Below, piece by piece: positions 27,504-36,317 of a stretch of DNA of 41,717 nt. The first letter of the stretch is position 1. Every line of letters begins with the position of its first letter. The position numbers were made by a program, and so were the translations under genes. Origin of the DNA: Candidatus Actinomarinales bacterium (GTDB lineage Bacteria; Actinomycetota; Acidimicrobiia; Actinomarinales; Actinomarinaceae). The stretch spans positions 1 to 41,717 of the forward strand of contig SGYT01000003.1 in NCBI GenBank assembly GCA_004214055.1. Direction: 5' to 3'. Under the pieces are notes generated by a model that was not told where the DNA came from, did no database searches, and was given only the letters and a program-made list of their open reading frames with translations.

Positions 27504-28490
27504 CTACTGGAGTGATTTTATCAATAGATCCATAAATCTTTTCTTGTTTGCTTTGGTGACCACTCTAATATTTTTGTGTTTATTTTCTACGCCAAAATAA
27601 TCAACTATTGTTTGGCCCCTTGTTAATCCATCTCTAGTATCAACAATTACATCTAACTGCTGTGATTCTTCAATTATTTTATTGTCTAAAGCTATAGCCA
27701 TTGTTATTGGATCCGGTAAATCAAAACCGTAAAATCCGTAAGTTCTAAATGTTAAATCAATTAAAGTCTTTTGAATGTCTACTGAGAAATCTGCATATTT
27801 TGTTTTTAAACTTTTAAGGAAACTCATCTCATCTTCTTTAAGCATTGCGTATTTGTAAGAATTGTCCCACCCAACCATTGTTATTTTCATTCCAGAATCA
27901 AAAACTATTTTTGCTGCTTCAGGATCTACCCAAATATTGTATTCTGCTGCTGCAGACACATTTCCCGAACCATCTGATGTCCCTCCCATGACATAACAAT
28001 GTTTAACCTTCTCAGTAATTGATGGGTCTTTTTCTATTGCTTTAGCTATGTTTGTTAAAGGCCCAAGAGTAACAACTGTAATCTCATTAGGTTGTTCATT
28101 AATAGATTTAATTAGAAAATCAACTCCTGATTCCTTCTCATAAGTTTTATTTTTTGGATATATCCCTATATCTCCCATCCCGTCAATTCCATGTACACAT
28201 TGTCCACTAGCTGATATTGGGGATTCTGACTTTACATGATCCATAAACTCATCAAGATTATGAATTTCTTTATACTCTCTAGATAAAGGTTTGTTTGATC
28301 CTGCATAAACTTTTATGTCTTGTTCACATAGCTCCATTGTCGACTTAGTATTTAAAATGCCTAGTTCTAATGGAACATTTCCCGAAACTATCGATATACC
28401 TAAAATCTCAACACTAGGGTCTCTTAAGGCCAACAGTATAGCAACAGCATCGTCTGACCCAGTATCTGCATCAATAATAAATTTTTCCAT
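27504..28490 (-). CDS. Nucleoside hydrolase (IU-NH family), paralog A
   Basis: DADTGSDDA, VSGNV, HGIDGMG, LGPLTN, GNVSAAAEYNIWVDPEAA, LPDP. Confidence 0.93.
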   Translation of the reverse strand: MEKFIIDADTGSDDAVAILLALRDPSVEILGISIVSGNVPLELGILNTKSTMELCEQDIKVYAGSNKPLSREYKEIHNLDEFMDHVKSESPISASGQCVHGIDGMGDIGIYPKNKTYEKESGVDFLIKSINEQPNEITVVTLGPLTNIAKAIEKDPSITEKVKHCYVMGGTSDGSGNVSAAAEYNIWVDPEAAKIVFDSGMKITMVGWDNSYKYAMLKEDEMSFLKSLKTKYADFSVDIQKTLIDLTFRTYGFYGFDLPDPITMAIALDNKIIEESQQLDVIVDTRDGLTRGQTIVDYFGVENKHKNIRVVTKANKKRFMDLLIKSLQ

Positions 28491-28491
28491 T

Positions 28492-29475
28492 TTAATACAT
28501 TGTAGTAACAGTTAAGTGATGGGGTCTATGTGTAGCATGGTATTGTTTCCAAATTCTATAATCTAATTGTGGAATTATTAATTGTTCTTTTTTATTCCTT
28601 CTTATATTTATTTCTTCTGTGAGTTTTGCGGTTGCAAACAAAGATGCTGCTCTTATTTCAATTTCTTCTTTTGAATCTCTCTCTATTATGTTTCCTTTCA
28701 TAATTTTTTCTTTTAGGTTTTCTGAATACTCTGTTATTTTCATTACCTCTAAAGCAACTGGAACTATATAATCTGCAAATGCACTCATCGAATTCATGTC
28801 TTCAACAACAAAATACTTTGAACCTGATAGCTCAGCATGAATTCCCCAGAATGCAAGTTGTGCAAGTTTATAAAAATTAATCTCGTGTTTATCTTCATAT
28901 ATAGATTTATCATTAAATCTAGGAAACTCAGCTACTAACCTTTCAACTAGTCCTTCTCCACCGTGATATAGCTTTTTTGGGCATTTGTCGATAAAGTTTA
29001 TCCAATCTCCATCAAATTCTTCAGAAAGCTTAATTCCTACTGTATTTAGAATCTCAATCCTCTCTACCAACATTGGCATTTCTATATTCCCAGAAAATAT
29101 TTCTCTTAGTTTATCAATTGTCAAGCTAGCCAATACTTGACCATCAAGAAGATTTGTTCCTGAGTCAATAGCTTCATGGATTTGTTTGAACATAGCCTCA
29201 CTATCTGAGAGTGTTACACCGTCTCTTTCTATTGAATATTTAATTGAGGTATTAAAGTCTGTAAATGCAAAATTCAAAGTATTGATTAAAAGGGTTGTCC
29301 TTATAAAGTCTTCTGGGTTTTTTCTAAGTTTATTATTTTCAGGTAAGATAAACTCTTCATAAGCCATCCATCTAGCTACATTTTTAATTTCATCATAATT
29401 AATAATTACGTGTTTTGAGTTTTCTATTACTGGAGTTAGAGAACTCAGTACTTTTGAATTCCAGTCGATCTCCAT
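28492..29475 (-). CDS. Queuosine salvage family protein (DUF2419 / Qng1-like N-glycosylase/hydrolase)
   Basis: NTLNFAF, MPMLVER, FPRFND, FYKLAQL, FADYIVP, EEIEIRAAS, LDYRIW, C-terminal PHHLTVTTMY. Confidence 0.85.
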   Translation of the reverse strand: MEIDWNSKVLSSLTPVIENSKHVIINYDEIKNVARWMAYEEFILPENNKLRKNPEDFIRTTLLINTLNFAFTDFNTSIKYSIERDGVTLSDSEAMFKQIHEAIDSGTNLLDGQVLASLTIDKLREIFSGNIEMPMLVERIEILNTVGIKLSEEFDGDWINFIDKCPKKLYHGGEGLVERLVAEFPRFNDKSIYEDKHEINFYKLAQLAFWGIHAELSGSKYFVVEDMNSMSAFADYIVPVALEVMKITEYSENLKEKIMKGNIIERDSKEEIEIRAASLFATAKLTEEINIRRNKKEQLIIPQLDYRIWKQYHATHRPHHLTVTTMY

Positions 29476-29524
29476 AATTTAAATCATAGTAGAAGTATTT
29501 TATTTAAATAGATATAATTCCGTC
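29476..29524. promoter_or_regulatory. 49-bp back-to-back leaderless promoters (Qng1-like/NH operon and ribokinase)
   Basis: Minus strand TATGAT (29488-29483) 7 nt before ATG 29475; plus strand TATAAT (29513-29518) 6 nt before ATG 29525. Confidence 0.65.
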
Positions 29525-30400
29525 ATGAAATCAAAAATTTGTGTTGTTGGAAGTTCAAACATTGACCAAATATCTTATGTAGAAAATATTCCGGGTGATG
29601 GGGAAACTGTTTTTGGATCTTCTTATCAAATGGGATTTGGTGGTAAAGGAGCCAACCAAGCAGTAATGGCTAGCTTATTGGGTGCTGAAACATATATGAT
29701 CACATGCTTAGGAGAAGATGTTTATGCTGATATGACAATAGAAAACTATAAAAAAAATAATATAAACATTGATCATCTTCAAATAGTCCCTGGTTCAAGT
29801 GGTGTTGCTCCAATATGGGTTGACGAATCTGGACAAAATAGAATAATTGTAATCTCTGGCTCTAATGATCTTATTGATGCAGAAAAAGTTATTGAATCAC
29901 TTTCTAAAATTACAGATTTAAAAATAATTGTTGGACAGTTTGAAATACCACTAGAAGTTACTGAGAAGGTTTTTTCTTTTGCTAAAGAAAATAATATAAC
30001 AACAATATTAAATCCAGCCCCAGCAAAAATACCTTCAGAAAATTTATTATCTTTAACTGATTGGTTTATACCTAATGAGGTCGAATTTGCAACAATAAGC
30101 AATCTGGATGCTTTTGTTGATGAAGATTTAATCGAATATGGAAACTCAATCTCAGGAAATTTAATTGTTACATTGGGAGAGGAAGGAGCTGCAAGTGTAG
30201 CTGAAGATTCTGTAAATAAAATCTCTGCTCCAAAAGTAAAGGCAATTGACACAACAGGTGCTGGAGATGCTTTTGTTGGAGCTTTTGCTTATGGTCTTGC
30301 TTCTGATCTTATGCCACAAGATGCAATAAAACTTGCTATAGACAGAGCATCTAACTCAGTCACGAAACCTGGAACTCAAATTTCATATTCAGCAAAATGA
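29525..30400 (+). CDS. rbsK: Ribokinase (PfkB family)
   Basis: GSSNID, PGDGET, GGKGANQA, GQNRIIV, QFEIP, NPAPA, PNEVE, DTTGAGDAF. Confidence 0.93.
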   Translation: MKSKICVVGSSNIDQISYVENIPGDGETVFGSSYQMGFGGKGANQAVMASLLGAETYMITCLGEDVYADMTIENYKKNNINIDHLQIVPGSSGVAPIWVDESGQNRIIVISGSNDLIDAEKVIESLSKITDLKIIVGQFEIPLEVTEKVFSFAKENNITTILNPAPAKIPSENLLSLTDWFIPNEVEFATISNLDAFVDEDLIEYGNSISGNLIVTLGEEGAASVAEDSVNKISAPKVKAIDTTGAGDAFVGAFAYGLASDLMPQDAIKLAIDRASNSVTKPGTQISYSAK

Positions 30401-30669
30401 TTGTACTACCTCAAAGAGAACAGTTTATTTTATTAGTAACATTTGTAGTTATTTTTATCGTTTTCTGGATAGATGAGAAAAGATTAAAAGATAAAAACCA
30501 TATATTAAATAAAATCTTTTACTACCTCCCTTCTTACAATAGCGACCAAAGAACTGGCTTCGCTTTAGTAACTGTTGCAGCGGTAGGGTCTATCTTTGGA
30601 ATATATTTGTATGTATCTGTCGCTGTTTTAGCCGCAGGTCTTTTTTATCTCTATAGAGGAAGAAACTAA
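30397..30669 (+). CDS. Small membrane protein (about 3 TM)
   Basis: Hydrophobic 90-aa ORF; ATGA-coupled to rbsK. Confidence 0.65.
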   Translation: MIVLPQREQFILLVTFVVIFIVFWIDEKRLKDKNHILNKIFYYLPSYNSDQRTGFALVTVAAVGSIFGIYLYVSVAVLAAGLFYLYRGRN

Positions 30670-31943
30670 GAGTCTTTACTCCAAAATCTAATTTGAGGAT
30701 AAATTGAATTATTAAGTTTCAACAAAATGATTACTATCCCAGCTAGTGCTGAAAATATCGACGAAACAAGTACTATTGATAAATTTTCAAATGTTGTGAA
30801 GTAAGCAACTATAAGTGGTGAAATGATAAAAATAGGGATTCTGAATGTAAACAACATTGCATTTGTATTTCCAGCATCTCCAACTTCACCAAGTTCTACA
30901 GCAATATTCGATTGAGAAGTACTAAAAATTCCTAAACCAAGACCTGCAAAAATAAAGATAATATCTTGATATCCATTTCCATCAATTAAAAAAAGAACAC
31001 TTGCTATAAGATGCATGAATAGACCTAAAATATAGGTATATTTAAATCCAAATTTTCTTCCAATTATAGGAACAAAAAAACTTCCAACACTCTGGCTTAA
31101 TAATAATGAAGTTACCCAAAAACCTATTTTATAGCTTGGTATTTCATAATAAATAATTAACCAAATACTAAAGAATGGGGTAATTGATTCAGGGACAGAA
31201 GATAGAAAATTTGTAATTGACACAATCCTTAATTCTTTATTCTTAGTAACAATTGAAGCCCAGCTTATTAATTTTTGTTTAATCAACTTTATTTTTATTT
31301 TTGATTTTGATCTAATTTCACTTTTTGGTTCTTTGATTAGTATCAAAGGAATCAAAGATACTGTGGTAATGATAATTACAAGAATTAAACCTTCTAAATA
31401 TCCTTCAACTAACCCTTTATTTTTTATTTGTGAATCAACATATCTTGAAACTAAATACCCAGATGCTGATCCAGTTGTTAAATTGATGGAAAAAAAAATT
31501 GATCTATATTTATATAAAACTCTTGATACTAGGTCAAAGTAGGAGGGTAAAATCGCACCTGCACTAAATACGAATACAGCGTAAGAAATCATAAATAGCT
31601 CAAAACTAAAAGCATTGTCCGGAAAAAATTTAAGAACAATAAAAATTAAAACAAATCCTAGTCTTTCAATGACCCCCCAAAAAATTACCCCTCTTTTAGA
31701 ATCTTGTTCAACCTCTCGGTTTGATGATGTAATTATCTGACCTAAAATTCCTACAGCATAAAAAATAATAACAATTAATGATGCAGCGTACCATCTATTA
31801 GAAATTGCTAAAGCTACATCAGGAGGATAGCTTCCTGGTATTAATAAAGCAAAAGCAGCTCCAAAGCCAATGCTATCAAAAATAAACATTGCATAATTAA
31901 ACAAGAAATTTTCTTTAACAAATCCTTTGTTATTAGATGTCAA
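30666..31943 (-). CDS. MFS transporter
   Basis: About 12 TM segments with a central hydrophilic loop; GRKFGFK motif-A-like in the second half. Confidence 0.75.
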   Translation of the reverse strand: MTSNNKGFVKENFLFNYAMFIFDSIGFGAAFALLIPGSYPPDVALAISNRWYAASLIVIIFYAVGILGQIITSSNREVEQDSKRGVIFWGVIERLGFVLIFIVLKFFPDNAFSFELFMISYAVFVFSAGAILPSYFDLVSRVLYKYRSIFFSINLTTGSASGYLVSRYVDSQIKNKGLVEGYLEGLILVIIITTVSLIPLILIKEPKSEIRSKSKIKIKLIKQKLISWASIVTKNKELRIVSITNFLSSVPESITPFFSIWLIIYYEIPSYKIGFWVTSLLLSQSVGSFFVPIIGRKFGFKYTYILGLFMHLIASVLFLIDGNGYQDIIFIFAGLGLGIFSTSQSNIAVELGEVGDAGNTNAMLFTFRIPIFIISPLIVAYFTTFENLSIVLVSSIFSALAGIVIILLKLNNSIYPQIRFWSKDS

Positions 31944-31950
31944 CTAAATT

Positions 31951-32850
31951 CTAGCTCTTACCAAAAAGCCTTATAGCTAAAGTGGCTCCAAAAATAATCA
32001 AAAGAAATGATACACCGCAAAATACAACTATAGCCACACCTGCACCTGGAGTAAGTGAAAAACCTCCTTCAGGTATAAATGCATTCATCCTAAGCCTTCC
32101 ATAAAAGACTACAAAAACTGGAACTAATGCCAAAATTGATAGTGTTGTCTCTTTGATGGTGAATTTATTGTATCTCAATAAAGTTCTCTCATTATCTGAG
32201 CCAAAAGCTCTTGTCTCTAGACTCATTGATAGTTGGGCAACCCTATCTATTGCCCCAGCAAAAACTGGGATAATACTTGGAAGTAGTGCCTTAAAACCTT
32301 GAGCTTGCATTGCTCTTGATTTTTGAGCAGAGAGTATTATTCCGAACTCTCTTTGTAATATTGGAATTAATTGTAAAGTAGTTGTAATCATAAAATTTAC
32401 AACATAAGGAACTTTTGCTCTTTGTAAAGCTGAAGAAAGGGATGCAGGGTGTAAAGTCATCAACATTAATATTGACCATGAACATATACATAAAATCCTA
32501 CTACTAAATAACATTCCATAAATTATTGACTCTGTATATAGTTGAAAAGGTCCAAGGTCGGATAGAAATTGAGGGTTGTCAAAAACTGCAGGGGGGACAA
32601 CAGATTGAAGAAATATCATTGCAAAAGCTGCTGGTCCAAAAATCACCATCGCTCTAACATAGCTTGGAAAAGTCTTTGACAAGAATACAAAAACTAAGGC
32701 TAAAGCGGTTAATGCATAATTAATATATGGATTCTTATTAAAAAAACAAAAAACTACAAAAGACAAAACCCAATAAAATTTTACAAAAGGGTGTGCTTTA
32801 TGAAAAAAAGTGTCTCCTGGAACATAAGCTCCTACAGGTACTCTAGCCAT
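31951..32850 (-). CDS. ECF transporter transmembrane component T
   Basis: YVPGDTFFHKAHPFVK, AQKSRA and SLETRAF coupling-helix Arg motifs. Confidence 0.92.
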   Translation of the reverse strand: MARVPVGAYVPGDTFFHKAHPFVKFYWVLSFVVFCFFNKNPYINYALTALALVFVFLSKTFPSYVRAMVIFGPAAFAMIFLQSVVPPAVFDNPQFLSDLGPFQLYTESIIYGMLFSSRILCICSWSILMLMTLHPASLSSALQRAKVPYVVNFMITTTLQLIPILQREFGIILSAQKSRAMQAQGFKALLPSIIPVFAGAIDRVAQLSMSLETRAFGSDNERTLLRYNKFTIKETTLSILALVPVFVVFYGRLRMNAFIPEGGFSLTPGAGVAIVVFCGVSFLLIIFGATLAIRLFGKS

Positions 32851-33648
32851 CTAAATCTCAACCTCGATCTCTAAACTTGAATCAAGAATCATTTTAACAG
32901 ATTCACTCATATTTTCTTTATACTCTTCTTTTGTTAGTGACTCTCCTCTTGCCTGGTCTCCTGCTACAAGTAGAACAGCTCCGGTTCTAACTTTCCTATA
33001 TGAACCAACAACAAAAATTGTCGCTGCTTCCATTTCTGAACAAAGAACTCCTCCTTTAACCCAAGCATCCCATTTCTGTCTAAGCTCATCAGCAATTGGC
33101 ATTTTTTCAGGATTGTGCTGCCCATAAAAAGAGTCTTTTGACTGAACGATTCCAAGATGATGATCAAGGTTATTTTTTATTGCAGAATTCTTTAATGCAA
33201 GAACCATATCATGGGAGGCTACGGCTGGAAATTCTATAGGCATATATTGGATTGATGTACCTTCATATCTTACGGCCCCAGTAGCAATTACTTTCTCTCC
33301 GACTCTTGTATATTCTTGCATACCACCCGAAGTACCACATCTTACAAATGTAGATGCGCCAACGTTAGCTAATTCTTCTAAAGCGATTGCTGCTGACGGG
33401 CAACCAATACCCGTGGAAGTAACAGTAACTGGTCTTCCCTTGTATTCACCTGTCATTGTTTTATACTCTCTATTTTCAGCTACAAGCTCAGCTTTATCAA
33501 AATGTTCAGCAATAAATTCAACTCTTCCTGGGTCGCCTGGGAGTATAACAAAATCTGAAATATCGCCTTTTTTTAACTGTACATGATATTGAACTGTTTC
33601 ATCAAGAAGGCCTCCTTTGGCATCTTCTATTCCGTCCTCTTTAGGCAT
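32851..33648 (-). CDS. udp: Uridine phosphorylase (NP-I family), paralog with canonical Gln
   Basis: QYH, LPGDPGRV, NREY, STGIGCPS, RCGTSG, KDSFYGQH, SEMEAA. Confidence 0.88.
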   Translation of the reverse strand: MPKEDGIEDAKGGLLDETVQYHVQLKKGDISDFVILPGDPGRVEFIAEHFDKAELVAENREYKTMTGEYKGRPVTVTSTGIGCPSAAIALEELANVGASTFVRCGTSGGMQEYTRVGEKVIATGAVRYEGTSIQYMPIEFPAVASHDMVLALKNSAIKNNLDHHLGIVQSKDSFYGQHNPEKMPIADELRQKWDAWVKGGVLCSEMEAATIFVVGSYRKVRTGAVLLVAGDQARGESLTKEEYKENMSESVKMILDSSLEIEVEI

Positions 33649-34378
33649 TGATTGCTCCTTTCTCCATATAATAAATACTTTCTAATACAATCTTTGTTAT
33701 TTTATGTATTGTTTCTTTGTCGTGAGTCTCCACCGCAAAAATTCCTCCTGAGTGAAGACCGAATATACTAGAAAGAGTAAATAAGGTAGCTGCTTCCATT
33801 TCTGAAGCGCCCACACCGCCTCTTTGCCATGCTTTCCATTTCATGTCTAAATATTCAGAAACTGGCATCCTTTCAGGTTCTACCTCTCCAAAAAAAGAAT
33901 CTTTAGATTGGCATACTCCTACTTTTGTAGGAACATTAAGTGCCTCTGATGCTTTAATTAAACTATCTACAACTTCTATATCAGCTAAAGCCGGAAACTC
34001 TATTGGAATATATTGTTTACTTGTTCCATCGTCTCTTACTGCAGCAGTAGCAATAAAAATATCTCCTTTTTGTGCTGAGCCATCAACAGATCCCGATGTT
34101 CCAATCCTTATAAATACTTCTGCACCAATATGACTTAACTCCTCTACAGCTATAGCAGTAGATGGGCATCCTATGCCTGTAGAAACTACTGAAACATCAA
34201 CATCTTTATATTTTCCTCTTGCGGCATTGAACTCTCGATTTTGACCTTGATGCTGAACATCATCCAATAATTCAGATATTATTGGGACTCTGTTTGGATC
34301 ACCCGGTACTATTACGTACCGGGCAATATCTCCAAAACTTATTGGTAAGTGTTTTACCTGCTCAAGTTTATCGAACAA
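33641..34378 (-). CDS. Uridine-phosphorylase-like nucleoside phosphorylase, paralog with altered specificity loop
   Basis: VPGDPNRV, NREF, STGIGCPS, RIGTSG, KDSFFGEV, SEMEAA; TTG start after AGGTAGG. Confidence 0.88.
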   Translation of the reverse strand: MFDKLEQVKHLPISFGDIARYVIVPGDPNRVPIISELLDDVQHQGQNREFNAARGKYKDVDVSVVSTGIGCPSTAIAVEELSHIGAEVFIRIGTSGSVDGSAQKGDIFIATAAVRDDGTSKQYIPIEFPALADIEVVDSLIKASEALNVPTKVGVCQSKDSFFGEVEPERMPVSEYLDMKWKAWQRGGVGASEMEAATLFTLSSIFGLHSGGIFAVETHDKETIHKITKIVLESIYYMEKGAINA

Positions 34379-34399
34379 ATAAGACCTACCTAATTTTTA

Positions 34400-34591
34400 T
34401 TAATCCTTGGACCGTAAAACGGCTACCCCTGCAAGTATTGTCAAAAGGCCTGAAACTCCAGACATTCCTGACAACATTCCAAAGGCTTCAGTACCTGCCA
34501 TCGTGGCAGATGCCCATGGATAAATTAAATACATTATCCCTAGACCGATAATACCTGCTCCAAGACCATCTTTAGATGTGACTTCTCTCAT
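34400..34591 (-). CDS. Small two-TM membrane protein
   Basis: 63 aa, two Gly-rich hydrophobic helices, AAGGAAG upstream, in operon between the S component and a phosphorylase. Confidence 0.72.
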   Translation of the reverse strand: MREVTSKDGLGAGIIGLGIMYLIYPWASATMAGTEAFGMLSGMSGVSGLLTILAGVAVLRSKD

Positions 34592-34608
34592 ATTATCTCA
34601 CTTCCTTT

Positions 34609-35301
34609 TTACAATAAAGTCATCGATACAACAGTAAGTATTACACCTACTACCGTACCTGCAGTAATTAACACTGCTTTACCCATATCTTCTTGAGCCA
34701 TTATTGGACCAGTTACCTGTAAATTAGTAGGTAATGCACCGATAATTGCTAACGCCAAGAATGACGAAAGAATTTTATCAGCAGCAGATACGATAATGTT
34801 ACTTGAAAATACGGCTGCCCACATATCAGCACCTGACGCAAGTATACCTGCAGTCAAAATGTCTGATGAGTGACCTGTTGCACCACCAAATACGAAAATT
34901 ACGATCGGTGCTGCCATCAATGAAACAAATACAGCTGAAGCAACTGAAAGACCAAAGAATCTGACCTTATCGTTTGCCCAACCCCATCTTGTTCCATATC
35001 CCCAAACTAATGCACCAACAACATTGCATGCTGCAAATGGTATTGATACTGGACCGGTAACGAACCCTAATGTTAAGTTAGTAATAACACCAACTAGGGC
35101 CCCCCACCATGGGCCAAGTGTCATAGCAACAACAGCTGTCCCAATCATGTCCAAGAATATAGGGAGTTTAAGTGCACTGGCAACGGTACCCCCAATAACA
35201 TTTAAAACAGAAGCAACTGGTACTAATGCAATAACATATGTTAAAGGAACTCCTCCACCTGTAGCACTACTAAGTTTTTGTGAATCAACTTGTTCGTTCA
35301 C
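34609..35301 (-). CDS. ECF transporter substrate-specific S component (LPxFLDxIGT type)
   Basis: LKLPIFLDMIGTAVVAMTLGPWWGALVGVITN, FGGATGH, ADK; strong AAGGAGG SD, GTG start. Confidence 0.9.
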   Translation of the reverse strand: MNEQVDSQKLSSATGGGVPLTYVIALVPVASVLNVIGGTVASALKLPIFLDMIGTAVVAMTLGPWWGALVGVITNLTLGFVTGPVSIPFAACNVVGALVWGYGTRWGWANDKVRFFGLSVASAVFVSLMAAPIVIFVFGGATGHSSDILTAGILASGADMWAAVFSSNIIVSAADKILSSFLALAIIGALPTNLQVTGPIMAQEDMGKAVLITAGTVVGVILTVVSMTLL

Positions 35302-35504
35302 AAGCCCTCCTTATTTAGCTAACTAAATATCTTTTATTTAACTATCAGATATTTATTTCTAACTCCATAATATAGAAATAAAAACACGCATGCGATGTGT
35401 TTGGCAAAAAATCAAAATGAAGGTGTAACCGATTTATTTAAACAAGTAACCATAAAAAGACCAACAAACTAGAGGTTTAATTGTGTATAAATTAGAGTTC
35501 TTTA

Positions 35505-36317
35505 TTACTTAAGAGCACCAAGAGCATCTTCAACAGATAAAATTGCGTCTTTAGTGTTTCCAAGTTTTACTTCTGTTGAGAATGAAGATATTTGTGGAGG
35601 CAGGAGGTTCGTTTTGCTTAAAACCTCTTTATTCGCAAATAATTTTTCAGGACTATCATCAAAAATTAGCTCAGTATCACACATTACAAGTACTCTATTT
35701 GTTTCTTCAGCAACTAAAGGCATATCATGAGAAACAACTATTACTGTTTTCCCCTGTTCGCTAAGTTTATGTATTGAATCTCTAATAGCTTTTACTCCTA
35801 AAAAGTCTTGACCTGTTGTTGGCTCATCCAAAATAATGACGTTTGGTTCCATTGCAATAATTGAGGCCATGCCAACAGTTTTTCTAAGAGAAAATCCTAG
35901 CCTATATGGATTTAAATCCAAGTATTGTGTTAATGAAAAATCTTCTGCCACTTCATTAACTTTTTTTTCAATCTCATTATCTTCTAACTCTATATTTTTT
36001 AATCCAAAAGATAACTCTTCCCTAACTGAAGCTGCAAAAATTTGATGGTTAGGATTTTGAAAAACATAGCCTACACTCCTAGCAAGAAGTCCTACTGAGT
36101 TTTCAAGCGTATCTAAATCTCCAACCATAACATTGCCTGAAGTCGGTTTAAGCAGACCGTTAAAATGTTTTACTAGTGTTGTTTTTCCTGATCCATTTTG
36201 GCCAACAACGGAAATTACCTCACCTTGCGATATTGATACGTTAACATTCCTTACTGCTTCTACTCCATTAGGATATACATGCCCTAGATCATTGCATACA
36301 ATTCTTGTTTCACTCAT
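35505..36317 (-). CDS. ECF transporter ATPase A'
   Basis: GQNGSGKTT, VFQNPNHQIF, degenerate signature LGFSL, LDEPTTGQD, SHD. Confidence 0.93.
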   Translation of the reverse strand: MSETRIVCNDLGHVYPNGVEAVRNVNVSISQGEVISVVGQNGSGKTTLVKHFNGLLKPTSGNVMVGDLDTLENSVGLLARSVGYVFQNPNHQIFAASVREELSFGLKNIELEDNEIEKKVNEVAEDFSLTQYLDLNPYRLGFSLRKTVGMASIIAMEPNVIILDEPTTGQDFLGVKAIRDSIHKLSEQGKTVIVVSHDMPLVAEETNRVLVMCDTELIFDDSPEKLFANKEVLSKTNLLPPQISSFSTEVKLGNTKDAILSVEDALGALK

